A stretch of DNA of 63,830 nucleotides, the filler included, from Octopus bimaculoides (taxonomy: Eukaryota): the NCBI RefSeq assembly GCF_001194135.2. It is 5 parts of 5 records of this genome, joined end to end, with 100 filler letters (N's around TTAATTAATTAA, not from the genome) between each part and the next. Parts side by side here need not be neighbours in the genome. Positions count along the whole stretch, not along the records: positions 21,080 to 40,945 come from NC_069004.1; positions 41,046 to 56,029 come from NC_068984.1; 3 more parts are not named here. One strand, 5' to 3'. Of this stretch, positions 34,867 through 47,633 are shown one piece after another. Each line of letters begins with the position of its first letter. Positions within the stretch are counted from its first letter, which is position 1. The notes under the pieces were generated by a model. That model was not told the DNA's origin. It did not search any database and was given only the letters and a program-made list of their open reading frames with translations. A program made the translations under genes and the position numbers.

Positions 34867-37800
34867 GAATGAATGAAATGTGTGTGTGTGTGTGTGTGTA
34901 TGAATGTGTATACAAGGCATTAACATGCACTAATCTAGGACAGAAAGGGAGAAAACATCTCCCCCTGGGTTGTGAACCTTATATCAATTGTATTCTAAGT
35001 GATTGTATTTACTGATTGCACCAAAGCGCATCAAGTGTCTCCTGTGTATCTAACAGCTCCCTCTCTCTCCACGTATCACATGAGGATCACAGACAATGTC
35101 GTAGTCACTTAACCACTCATTAAAGGCTGCTATTTTACTTCTGTCTATCATCAAATTACACACTTCTAATTTATAATTCATATTCTTGAGATTAATTCTG
35201 TTCATAAGCATCGAATTTAAGTTCCTGAACATAACGGTTTATAACCAAGACATTTCATCCAATACTCCATCAATTTTTGCTATTTAATAATTTTTAAGAA
35301 TGTTTTATGAATATATTCGAATGTTTTTATTTAGTTTTGTTTTTTTTTCTCTCATAAGATATGATGTTGTTTCAGCTAAACCAATGTTCGTTAATTGCAT
35401 AAGAAGTATATTTTGTAATACTTTTAATTAAATTTTTAATTAAAATTTATTTCTGAATACATTAAGTTTTGGGGTGCTTTATTTTTATTTCGAACACAAT
35501 TTAACAGTGATTTATTTTTCTCCTTATTTTGATTTCTATTTAATTATTTTTAATTATCGTTCTTTAATTTTTATTCTTTTTCTTTAAATATTTAAAAAAA
35601 ATAATTTCTTTTTAATAATGAAAAGAAAAGTAGTTTATTTATTTTTTATTTAATGTTTTATTTAATTTACATTGCTTCCTCACTTAATTCACAGTAAATT
35701 ATTTACTGACAATTAATAGCTAAATCTTATATATTGCGAACTAGTTGAGTCGTTAGAGCAATGAATAGTAGGCCTTGAGGTGTTGGTATTGTTCCTCTGC
35801 TTCCTGAGTTCAAATCTCACTGAGGTCAACTTTACATTTTTTCTTCCCTTCGATAATCAATAAAGAACAGTGAGGATTTGGTTCTTTCCTTTATCATGGA
35901 ATAAACATTTTTGTATCATGAGAATGGTTATAGATGATGCTATTCTTTGGATTGAACCTTCATTTCCAAATCATAAAGATAAAGTAATTTCTAGACTTAC
36001 AAAATAAATAAATAAATATTGGGGTCAATTTGTTTGACTAAAACCTTCTAAGGCTGCAATCCAATGACTGATACAACTAAAAGGTAAAAGATTAGATTTC
36101 CCAACAAATTCCTGGTTATTCTCAAAACCAAATGAAACAAGCACATGCACAATGTATTTCATAATATGCATATACATGTGTGTGTGTGCGTGTGTATCTA
36201 CGTGTAAGCAGGAAAGGGTTAAAATGAAATCTAAAATTATATTCTCCACTCTCTACTCCATTACAATTTCTTCTGTCATTAATCAAAACCATTTCCTGAT
36301 ATTCTAAAATATACTTTTAACATGTTTCTTTTTTTTTTCTCTGTTCCTATGTTTGTTTTTATACCTGTCTTTTTTTTTTTAATGTTGAGTCTTTTTTCTT
36401 TTTCTTTCTCTAATGCCATTAATATCATTTTACCATTCTGCTGCCGCTATCTTGGAAATCTTGATACACTGTAATTCTTTGTCTGTTATCTAATATCTGC
36501 TTTTCCTTTTCTGTTGCAACCCTCCCACACCCACCCACACATGTCTGTATATATATATATACACTCACACATACATACACACATATGCATACATTTTTGT
36601 GTGTGTGTTTCTGTATCTAAATATATGTATATATTATATATAATAGACATATATATATATATATATATAAATATATTGTATATAATATATTTATATACAT
36701 ATATGGTATTTATCTGCTAAACTAAAGTTATTTAAAAGCATTTTTAAGAATAACAGCTGATTACCGATAATGTGATTCTATTCTGATAGTAGAGTCAAAT
36801 TTATTGTGAAGTCCCAGTCAACTTGATCCTTACAGTGTGTGTTTGTGTGTGCATGCATGCATGTGTACTTGTGTGTGTGTGTATATATATATATTGCCCC
36901 TTCTCACTCATTGTCTAGCATTTTACGTATTGTATTTCCATATAGATTGATTCTGCAAATATTTTGAGAAAGATAAACTATTTCTTTATTGGAAGGGAAT
37001 CTGTGAAAAAATAAAAAATTGGTAAACTTTCATGAATATCAGAAAATATTTGCCGATAATTAATAACACAAAAGTCTAAAAATGATATAATAACATATTT
37101 TTGAAATTATAACGAAAAGTCAGAAACCTCAACAACAACAACAACAATAAACATAATAACAGAATAGGAAGCTCGTTAGATTTGGCTGGTTCCAATGAGA
37201 TATTGCAATCACAATGAGAAATAACCAATGAATAATTGAAAAATCTAATTACGGAGAACATATTTCAATGAGGGAATTAGGTTTATCATTTGTGATCAAA
37301 ATTCTATATTAAGGATTGATTTTTGTTTTAGTTTTGTTGTAAATTTAGAATTTTTTTATTTTTATTTTCTTTATACCCCTACCTTCCCTCCAGCTACCTT
37401 ATGATGTTTAATATAATTAAATAAATGAATAAAATTGTTAAACCAATAATTTTAATCCCTACAATTTTCATTGCGAGTCCGTTTAGAAGTGGTTAACACC
37501 AGTGGGTTTATTAGAATGAAAACTGCTGAGAGGCAACACAAGGCATCTAAAAACAGAATGAAATATGGCACTGGAAATGATTTATTAAGCTATTCCTTTT
37601 GTGTGTGTGTGTGTGTGTAAACTTTTGTGTGTGTGTATGTACAGACATCATCATCCTCGTCATCTTTTTAACATCCACTTTCCCTTTTTCCACGGGTTAA
37701 ATGGAGTTCATTGAGACAGATTTTCTACAGTCGGATGCCCTTCCTGTCACCAACCCTCAACTGTTTCTTTCCAAGCAGTGTAATATTCTCCACCCACCAT

Positions 37801-38224
37801 GACCAATCCACAGAACATTAGAAAGACACCACTTGCATGATGGTGACTTTCATTTACAACTATCACATGAAGTGTAGGCAAGGACACAGTAACACATACA
37901 TACATACATACATATATATATCATCATCATCATCGATTAATGTCAGTTTTCCATGCTAGCATGGGTTGGACAGTTTGAGTGAGGTCTGGGAAGCCAGGGG
38001 GCTGCACCAGGCTCCAATCTGATCTGGCAATATATCTACAGCTGGATGCCTGGTTGGAAAAGTTTCACATTTCCATGGAGGCATTCATCTGAGGCTCTGT
38101 GGCAGAAATGCTATGAGACCTGTTCCACACATCTGAAATAAGAAAAGGGTTCTGCTTGAAACGAAGATGAGGGTCACAATCAGTACCCACACAAGGCATG
38201 GGAATGCTGGGCAGTTTTGATCTA

Positions 38225-38680
38225 TGTGTACCATGGCTTGCTGTCACTAAATTCTATAAGGCCCAATGCATTGATTTGCCAGGGACCACAGCACATAATG
38301 TGTCTAGGGGCCCAGTGACTTGCTGTCACTGAATAAATGCTGAAGGACCCAGAGCATTGATTTGCTAGGAACTTCATGTGTCTAGGGGTTTGGTTATGAT
38401 CTGTGGATGGTTTGGTTTTGCTATATGATAAATAAATAATATAGGGCCCAGTGCATTGTATTGCCAGGGACCTGATGTGTCTAGGGACCCAATTACGATC
38501 TAGGGCCAGTGCATTGATTTGCCAGGGACCTGATGTGTCTTAGGGGCTTTTGGTTATGATCTGTGTATGTCATGGCTTGCTGTCAATAAATGGATGTAGC
38601 CCTATATATACAATATAGGGCTCAGATTAGGGAATTGGCTTTGCCAGGGTGTCTTTAATGCTACAAAGACATCTCTGACT
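38225..38680. repeat. Cluster of repeated GCCCAGTGCATTGATTTGCCAGGG motifs, resembling a multiplied hAT-like MITE end
   Basis: Motif at 38261, 38347, 38445 and 38504, plus a terminal variant ttgccagggtgtctttaatgctacaaagacatctctg at 38641-38677. The hAT assignment is by recall only. Confidence 0.6.
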
Positions 38681-39699
38681 ACAATGTATGTGAAGTGCAT
38701 TGTGTGTGTGTGTGTGTGTGTGTGTGTTAGTGTACAACAGAGTCAAAGGAATGTAAAAAGGTGTATGAATGGCTTTGAAGAATCAGAAAACAAGGTGTGA
38801 CTCGTTTCCCTGGATATTTTATGCCAGACTACGAGTTGATCCAAATGAATTAATTTTTATAAATATCACAAATTAGTTGTGGAAAAGTATAATTAGATGA
38901 AGGAAATTTTACGTTTTTATTTATAGATTTTTTTTTACACTTTTTTTATTTACATTATTTTACCTTTTTTCTTCTCTGTATTTATTATTTTTTTTTGTGT
39001 TGAAATTCAATTAAAACTGAAATTGTTAATTAAATCTTGAAGCTTCACAGATTAGATTGCTGAGTAAAGAAGAACTCTCTATCTTCTGCTTTGGCCAGGC
39101 ATTCATATTTCCTGTCTGTGTAGATTTATATTTGTTGTTGTTGTTGCTTTGTTTTTTGTGTTTTTAAAAAAAAAAATTTTTGTTTCTTTTATTTTTCTTG
39201 GATTCACATATGATATTCGCAAAACTCATTAGCTAAAATTAAATAATTAGTGCAAAAAGAAAATGCTGTATATATATATATATATATATATAATATACTG
39301 AATCACTTTCAGGAAGTCTACCTTGCTTTTAACTACTGCTGCTGCTGCCACCACCACAACTACTATTATTGCTACTACTATCACCATCACCATCACCCTC
39401 TCCATTACTACTACTACTACTATTTCTGCCCTCATCTTCCTCTTTGTCTAGAAGATAAATGCTAATTATATCGAATTTAACTTCATTTAAAATCTTTTCT
39501 CAAAAATATTATCAACAAAAGAAAAAATATAAAATGGATTTTAAAAAATATTTTGTACATTTATTTATGTTTATTTATTTCAAAAAATAAATATATAAAT
39601 ACATTATTTTTTTATTTTAATTATGGAATTTTGTCTAATTATAATTGATTGGATTTATAAATTCATTTTGTTGAAATCATTTTCTGAAATGTTGAGGAA

Positions 39700-40080
39700 T
39701 TAACCATTATTGCCACAATCTTACATGTCTCTTGGTTCCAGTCATTTGTCTCTGATTTGCCATCAGATCTTAATCCGTCCATCTGTCCACTACTCCTGGC
39801 AGTTTTGTAGGCACCTAACGCCATAGGCTCCAACCATCCTTAGAATTTCAGGTGGGATTGCCAAGCTTGACCAGCTGAGGCTATGGTCATTATCAAACCA
39901 TCTCATTCTTAGTTCTATACCTGAGTCTTTTGCCAGTTGGCTTTGCTTGAAGAATTTGTCTTGCAATTCTTTTCTGGAACATTCTAATCCCATGTCTGTA
40001 GTACCAGAACTGTGATTATGCAGAGAAGTCGTGGCTCAACCTGTAAGGACTTCTTCATCTCATCCAATTCTTTACAACAA
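39700..40080 (-). mobile_element. Possible old RTE-like LINE fragment
   Basis: Minus frame ...SSLAIPPEILRMVGAYGVRCL resembles the RTE 'G.DGIP.E.LK..G..G..WL' region. Confidence 0.4.
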
Positions 40081-41045
40081 AACAAAAGTCATATAATGTT
40101 ATCCAAGAGACACACACCACTTGGAAATAGCTGTTAATTCTCCCTAAAATCACATTGTATCATGTTAAGAAAATGGCCTTGGGCTAAAACTTGAAACCAA
40201 GTTAAGACAAATATCCCCTAAATCCCACCATACAGTCTTAAAAGAGGAAGGGTAGACACCTTTGATAATGTCGTCCTAGAATATATTGTGTCTGAGTAAA
40301 ATGACAAAAGGTTCGTTGTTAGAACAGTGGATCATAAACATGCTTGATCAAGCCTTACCTGGGGTTAAATGACAATGCTAACAACAACAACAAACAACAG
40401 AAAATAGATCATAAATAATTATGAATATCCTTGAAGAATTGTTTCTTTGAAACTTGAAGGTTTTAGTTTTGTTCCATTTTTGGTAGTAAATCTCTCTCTC
40501 ACCTTCTTTCTTGCCTTACAAAATAAATATATTTTCTTCTTGTGCATAAAAAGGTTATTCGGTGTACTCCAAATTAACCTTCCACCAAACAACAAATGCC
40601 AATATTGCAGAGTTCTCTTCTTGTAATAATCTTATTGTTAAGTTCCACTGTAATCCTATTGTGAGAATATGGAAATGTGAAATTATATTCGAGAAATCTT
40701 TCCTAAATTTATTTCATCAGCATAATCTCTTGTCATCCAATGCATTGTTCTCATAGAATATGTATATTTGATAAAATCATAGAACGAGAGAGTCTTGAAT
40801 GGAAAATAACTCCATTGTTATTCTTAACTGTTCAACAGATTTTTTAATTTTGTTTTTATTATTTATATTTTCATTTTTTAATTTTTATTTATTTCATTGT
40901 TTTTATTTTATCTTAGTTTAATTTTTTTTTTTTTTTTTTTTTTTTNNNNNNNNNNNNNNNNNNNNNNNNNNNNNNNNNNNNNNNNNNNNTTAATTAATTA
41001 ANNNNNNNNNNNNNNNNNNNNNNNNNNNNNNNNNNNNNNNNNNNN

Positions 41046-41092
<47 letters not shown>

Positions 41093-41568
41093 TATATACA
41101 TATATACACACACATACATAAGTATGAAGAGTAATTTATACCTAAAAATTGTGGTTGGCATACATATATAACTTTTTTGTATATGTTGAAATTCCATAAT
41201 TGAATAAAATAAATCAGTCCAATAGAAAATGAAAATGAGTGATAAAGCAAATGCCAAGGTATGAATACTTTCTCCATAAGAGTCACGTCGGACCTCTCAT
41301 GACTCAGGTTTGAATATGAATGGGTGTCCAGCAGTCAAGTAATTAAGTGACAACTAATAATAATGAATTGGTGTTTAGTTCAGGTTTGTATTTTTGGATG
41401 AAATATCTCTTTTTTGGGTCGGGTTTGTGTAGACGTCCAGTCAGCAAATTTATATAGAGGGAAAATAGTGAATTTAGGTTGTATTTGTTTTGTACATACG
41501 TCGTTATGTTCACTGAGATAAATTTGGCTATCTATTGACGATACACCGTACAACGTTGACGGATAGAA

Positions 41569-41616
41569 TTCCCCGTGCTACCGATATAGTCTTTCCCCGT
41601 GCTACCGATATAGTCT
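41569..41616. repeat. Perfect 24-bp tandem duplication
   Basis: TTCCCCGTGCTACCGATATAGTCT x2. Confidence 0.95.
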
Positions 41617-41749
41617 GAACTAGCCAACACTAGCCCCGAGTATAGTCTGAGCAGGTGTATATTCTGGGCTGTTACACTGCCAATTTTCAATCCTGTTTTG
41701 ACCCCCTAAAATCGCTTCACAGACTCTAGTTTGGGAACCAAGGTTCTAG

Positions 41750-41950
41750 ACCATAATACTGGTTTCAAATTTTGGCACAAAGCCAGCAAGTTTGGGGACA
41801 GGAGTAAGTCGATTACATCAACCCCAGTGCTCAATTGGTAGTTATTTTATCGACCCCGAGAGGATGAAATGCAAAGTCGATCTCGGCGGAATTTGATCTG
41901 AGAACGTAAAGACAGACGAATTGCTGTTAAGCACTTTGCTGGGCGACTCT
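41750..41950 (-). mobile_element. SINE family B
   Basis: taagtcgattacatc.accccagtgc...atcgaccccgagaggatgaaatgcaaagtcgatctcggcggaattt. Confidence 0.82.
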
Positions 41951-43553
41951 AGGCCATAATATTAAACTGAATTTTGTTGTTTAGAACAATTATAGCAATA
42001 AAATATTTATTACTAGAAAATTTACGTGTAAAAAATTTTGTCCAGGGTTGTTTACTTATCATTTAACTAATGCGGTGTTCTATAGATTTGTGTGAAGAAT
42101 TATAATAATATAATATAAATGTCAGGATTTCTATTTATATTAATGATATTCAAAAGTTTTCGTTTTGTATGATTCCAATAAGCGAAAATCACATACTTTT
42201 GTTTGCTAATACATACATACATGCATACTTACATGCATGCATTTGTTGGATATATATTCAGGTTTTTTTTTCCGTTTTTTTTTTTCTTTTTTGTACCAGT
42301 TTATATAACTATGCGCATGTTCCTTCATTCTGCAACTGTTAATCTTTCGTAACAAAACTAACTCCTGTATATATGTATTAGTATACGTGCATACTGATGT
42401 AGTGAATCTTGTGAGCATGAAGTCGATTCGATCCAACATAGCCAAATTTAAATTTAACCCACTTGACCCTTTCTAACCTCTTCTACTTTGCCAAAAGCTA
42501 GAATAGAGATATCACAGTACCACCAACGAAGCCCATTGTTCTCAACGATATGTCTATCCTTCTGGATAGTTATAAAAGCAAGAACTCCTCAAGCAAAAAC
42601 CAGTAGTCACTTGGTGACAACTGATTGAGTCGGCTTGTAACATCTCAATCAGTTAGGGAACGGACCGCTAGAATCATGATCCAAAGCAAAGTACTAAAGA
42701 CAATGGCCAGCGAGAGAAATAAAATTTACTGTCAGCAGCTATGAGACACCTTCCCACGACCCTACAACTTTCACCAGCTCTAATTTTGTTCTCTTACAAC
42801 ATCATCCTATCGCTATCTGTGGATTACTACGAACATGTACACAAAACTATACTACTAACAACGTGTACACAAAACTATACAAAGAAAAATTCTACCACAT
42901 CTAACTTTCTTTCACATGCTCTCGAATTTTATAACCTGCCCGACGAGGCAAGGTATTTTCAACGTAACGGTAAATAAATACTTTCTTAAAATTTCATGCA
43001 TTGTCCATCTTTCACGTCCTACAACAGACCGTTATAACAACAAATTTTCAACTGTTACACTTATATGCGTGCAATTCGAGGGTGTTTACCTCTGTTTGCG
43101 TATGTAAATCTACGTTCGTGCACGTGTAAATATATGTGTGGATGTATGTGTGTACAAGCATATGTATGTAGAAGCGATTGTATGCAAATGTATGCGGATG
43201 TGTGTATAAATGTCTAAATCGTGTGAGTGGCTTTGCACATGTACATGTGTATAATGTATTTTTGTATGTGTGTATATGTGTGCGTTCGCCTGTATACACA
43301 TGTCTATATACGTGTTTATTTGTTTCCGTATGTGTGTGTACCTGTATAATGTATATGTGTACAAAAAATCCTTATCACATTGTTATCAGTGAATGCCCAC
43401 GGACACAAATCAGCAAACATATGGAATCATCCCATTGGCTGCGTTGTACTACCACCGTGTGTGAAGAAACAGAAGTGCCGAAACTCTCTTAATCAACTTA
43501 ATCAACACCTTTTGCTCGCTTATCTTGCAATATGCAAGTACATATGTGTATGT

Positions 43554-43605
<52 letters not shown>

Positions 43606-44405
43606 GGGGATATAAGTTAGCATTTGTTTTGTTTGTTTTCGTTTTTTATTAAACTCAGGAACGCCGAATATCGGACCCTATACGTCGAAAGTTACCAAAG
43701 CTTAAAATTTTCTTTTGCGTGTGCCTGGAGAGGAGGGGTTGCTCTGGGGAAAACNNNNNNNNNNNNNNNNNNNNNNNNNNNNNNNNNNNNNNNNNNNNNN
43801 NNNNNNNNNNNNNNNNNNNNNNNNNNNNNNNNNNNNNNNNNNNNNNNNNNNNNNNNNNNNNNNNNNNNNNNNNNNNNNNNNNNNNNNNNNNNNNNNNNNN
43901 NNNNNNNNNNNNNNNNNNNNNNNNNNNNNNNNNNNNNNNNNNNNNNNNNNNNNNNNNNNNNNNNNNNNNNNNNNNNNNNNNNNNNNNNNNNNNNNNNNNN
44001 NNNNNNNNNNNNNNNNNNNNNNNNNNNNNNNNNNNNNNNNNNNNNNNNNNNNNNNNNNNNNNNNNNNNNNNNNNNNNNNNNNNNNNNNNNNNNNNNNNNN
44101 ATGTGGCTACTGTTTCTATGAGGAGAGAATAGGTAGGAAATATTTTCAGTGTCAAGGCGAAATTGAAGCGTCTAAGTATCTGTGTAGTGAAAAGCCATCT
44201 TTACTTGGAAAACATAAATCTTTACACTTACAAATTCATATATATGCTATTTGAATTACAGTCTTGGTCTTAAGGTTAATTTGTCCATATGTCATGATGG
44301 GCAGGAACTAGGATAAGATTGCGAGAAGGCTGGCCCGTTTCATCCATGAATGAGCCGAGAGGAATTTATCCTTACAATGTTGGCAAGATGTGGTGAACGT
44401 TTATA

Positions 44406-44803
44406 GGCGCAGGAGTGGCTGTGTGGTAAGTAGCTTGCTTACCAACCACATAGTTCCGGGTTCAGTCCCACTGCCTGGGACCTTGAGCAAGTGTCTTCAA
44501 CTATAGCCTCTGGCCGACCAAAGCCTTGTGAGTGGATTTGGCAGACGGAAACTGAAAGAAGCCCCTTGTATATATATGTATATGTATGTGTATGTGTGTT
44601 TGTCTGTCTGTGTTTGTCCCCCTAACATCGCTCGACAACCGATGCTGGTGTGTTTAGGTCCCCGTAACTTAGCGGTTCGGCAAAAGAGTCCGATATAATA
44701 AGTACTAGGCTTACAATGAATAAGTCTTGGGGTCGATTTGCTCGACTAAAGGCGGTGTTCCAGCATGGCCGCAGTCAAATGACTGAAACAAGTAAAAGAG
44801 TAA
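44406..44803 (+). mobile_element. Full-length tRNA-derived SINE (family A reference copy)
   Basis: Pol III A-box-like TGGCTGTGTGG (44416-44426), B-box GGTTCAGTCCC (44459-44469), internal TA/TG microsatellite, tail gactgaaacaagtaaaagagtaaa. Confidence 0.9.
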
Positions 44804-45481
44804 AGTGAGTATCACTTCCGACATAATTAACCACTTGATTGTGGAGCCCTGTCCCAGTTTTCGTTTAACCGAATTAGAGTGCTTGCTCTACCCTTTTATG
44901 GAAGGAGCACGTTTCAGTAGTCAATTGGTTCATCTGTTGCCAAACTCTCTACGCAGTTAGAAGTAAATAACCACGAAGTACCTCCACTTAACAGTACTAT
45001 CAGACCCATTTACGAAGACGGGAACAGGAAGGCCGAAGGGAATCAGTGGACTACCCGCCATCCACACCCTATCCCTTCAAAACAACAAATGCGAGTTGGT
45101 GTAAAGACGAGTGGACACTGAGGAAGAACTCACTTTATGAAGGAAAGCCAGTAATTTATGAGGAGTTAAGCAGCTTCCTCCTTGAACGAAATTAAAATTC
45201 ACAGTTTTCAGTAAGGCTAACAAAGCTTTAATAAGGCACTGAAACGACTAACACAAGGAACTGCCGGATGAAGCACGAAAAGAGAAAGAAATGAGATCAC
45301 ATTTAACAGCATAAAAAGAACAGAATACGAATGCAAACTTGGGATTGACTTTACATAAGTATTCGTATGCCTTCAACGATCCAGAAGCCATGGATATTTG
45401 TCTTACATAAACCAAGTGTTCCTCAACGAAGATTTTGGGATCATCAGCCATGAACAATTATAAGATACAAAAAAAAAAAAA

Positions 45482-45680
45482 GCGGCGAGCTGGCAGAATC
45501 GTTAGCGCGCCGGGTAAAATGCCTAGCGTTATTTCGTCCGTCTTTAGGAGAAATTTAAACTCAGAACATAGGAATGGGGTTGATATATTAAGTACCAGTT
45601 GAGTAACGGGGTCGATGTAATTGATTATCCACCTCTAACAAATTTCAGGCCTTGTGCCTTCAGCAGAAAGGTTTATTAGA
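45482..45680 (+). mobile_element. SINE family B, with internal deletion
   Basis: Head gcggcgagctggcagaatcgttagcgcgccggg, then taagtaccagttgagtaacggggtcgatgtaat. Confidence 0.8.
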
Positions 45681-46381
45681 ATCAACAATTATTACTTTGT
45701 CCTTTAGTTATTTATAAACAGAATGTGTTCTAAATATGTTGGACAACTCACAGTGTTTAAGTAGTTTAAAACAAAGAACTTTAGAACAGTCTAACACAGC
45801 GATACGTACATTGTTTATTTCTATTGTATGAAAAATTGTAAAAATAGAACTGACATTTACCGTCAAAATTATTTACAAAGTAACTGAGTCAATGAGAAAC
45901 GCTGAGTGTGGTCGAACGACAGGCTAGAAATAGCAATCAAATCTCTCTGAAAACACATCTTACTGTTTATAATAAAGAAAAGGAAGCATATAATAGATTA
46001 GATAATGTGTCTGAAAAGATAGGTTTGTCTCAGCTAGAAAGCCTTTTTCATCGCGGATTAGCTAGATTCCAGTTTATATGGGGTTCAACAACAGTAGTAA
46101 CAACAGCAACACAACTGCAGCTAGGGAGTGAGCGTTGGAGCATTGACTCGTATCCCATATATGTGTTGGGAGAGTTTGGGTGTAGATGCAACCGTATTCG
46201 TACGGATGGGAAAGTGAACGCACGTGTTTGTGAGTGAGAGTGGGTGTTTGTGTGTGTATGTGTGTGGGGGGGGGGCAATACGAGAAATAACATTGGATAA
46301 GAATTTTGCTGGATAAGTAAACCAGTGACGTAAAATGGCTCCAAATGCTCTGGGCCCATAGACATGAAAGGGTTAATATAT

Positions 46382-46993
46382 ATTCTTTTCTGCCCTAGGC
46401 ATAAGGCCCGAAATTTTGAGGGAGGAAGCAGTCGATTAGATCGGCCTCCAGTACCTAACTGGTACTCAGAATCGACCTCGGCGGAATTTGAACTCAGAAC
46501 ATAAAGACAGACAAAATATCGCTAAGCATTTCGCCCGGCGTGCTAACATTTCTTATTTCTTTGTTACCCACAAGGAGCTAAACATAGAGGGGACAAACAA
46601 GGACAGACAGAGTGATTAAGTCGATTACATCGGTACAACTGGTACTTAATTTATCGACCCCGAAAAAATGAAAGGCAAAGTTGACCTCGGCGGAATTTTA
46701 ACTCGGAACATAAAGACAGACGAAATGCCGCTAAGCATTTCGCTCGGCGTACTAACGTTTCTTATTTCTTTATTGCCCACAAGGGGCTAAACATAGAGGG
46801 GACAAACAAGGACAGACAAAGTGATTAAGTCGATTACATCGACCCCTGTGCGTAACTGGTACTCAATTTATCGATCCCGAAAGGATGAAAGGCAAAGTCG
46901 ACCTCGGCGGAATTCGAACTCAGAACGTAACGGCAGACGAAATATCGCTAAGCATTTCGCCCGGCGTGCTAACGTTTCTGCCAGCTCGCCGCC
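46382..46993 (-). mobile_element. Head-to-tail trimer of SINE family B
   Basis: Three units with periods 209 and 217 bp. Only the rightmost has the complete head GGCGGCGAGCTGGCAGAAACGTTAG. Confidence 0.9.
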
Positions 46994-47533
46994 AGGGTTA
47001 ATATATATTATCCATGAGTTAATCAACAACAGAAAAAAAAGACAGAAAAGAAAAAGGATCTATCGGGAGATAACTCATACTTGACAGTTCCCCCGACATA
47101 AAATATAAAATATAAAACATAAATAGAATTAAATGATAATAATAATATGACAATTATAAACAATACAACTCTGGTAGTCACATTCTCTCTCCCCTCTCAC
47201 TTACTTCTCCCAACGCTCTACTTTCTATATCTATTCATCACTCTATCTATTTCTAACTATATACCTGTCCTTCTCTCTCTTTCCTATTCTCCCTATCTTC
47301 CTTTCTTATCTTCCTCTATATGTTATGCTCTCTTTTTCTCTGCCTTTCTCTCTCTTTCCTTTCTTTCTTTCTTTCTTTCTCTCTCCCTCTCTCCTAATCT
47401 CATACTCTATCAATCACTGTATATATCTATCACTCCTATATATCTCTCTGCACATCTATTTATCTATACTTTTGTCTTCATTTCACTGTGTTTTCTGAGC
47501 TGTTCATAACTTACCCATATCGGTAAGTTTAGC

Positions 47534-47633
47534 ATGGCTGAAGAGAACGAGGATAGTCGCAATACTTTGGAAGAGGACGATCTTGACAGGAATGTACCCA
47601 TTGATCGCGGGTATGCATGGGTTATCTTAATGA
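47534..47633 (+). CDS. First coding exon of a monocarboxylate transporter (SLC16/MCT family, MFS)
   Basis: ATG 47534: MAEENEDSRNTLEEDDLDRNVPIDRGYAWVILM then A|GTAAGT (phase 1 donor). PIDRGYAWV matches the SLC16 N-terminal motif (P-D-G-G-W-G-W type) preceding TM1. Polypyrimidine tract and AG acceptor at ~47470-47499. No downstream exon found. Confidence 0.82.

Noticed and set aside
44406-44480. tRNA gene
   Set aside because: A/B boxes are present, but the sequence continues into a multi-copy SINE body and I could not fold a full cloverleaf.
13904-46993. Regularly spaced repeats (13904-14473, 38225-38680, 46382-46993) as CRISPR-like arrays
   Set aside because: Eukaryotic context, no constant short repeat with unique spacers, no cas genes. 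They are explained by tandem duplication and SINE multimers.
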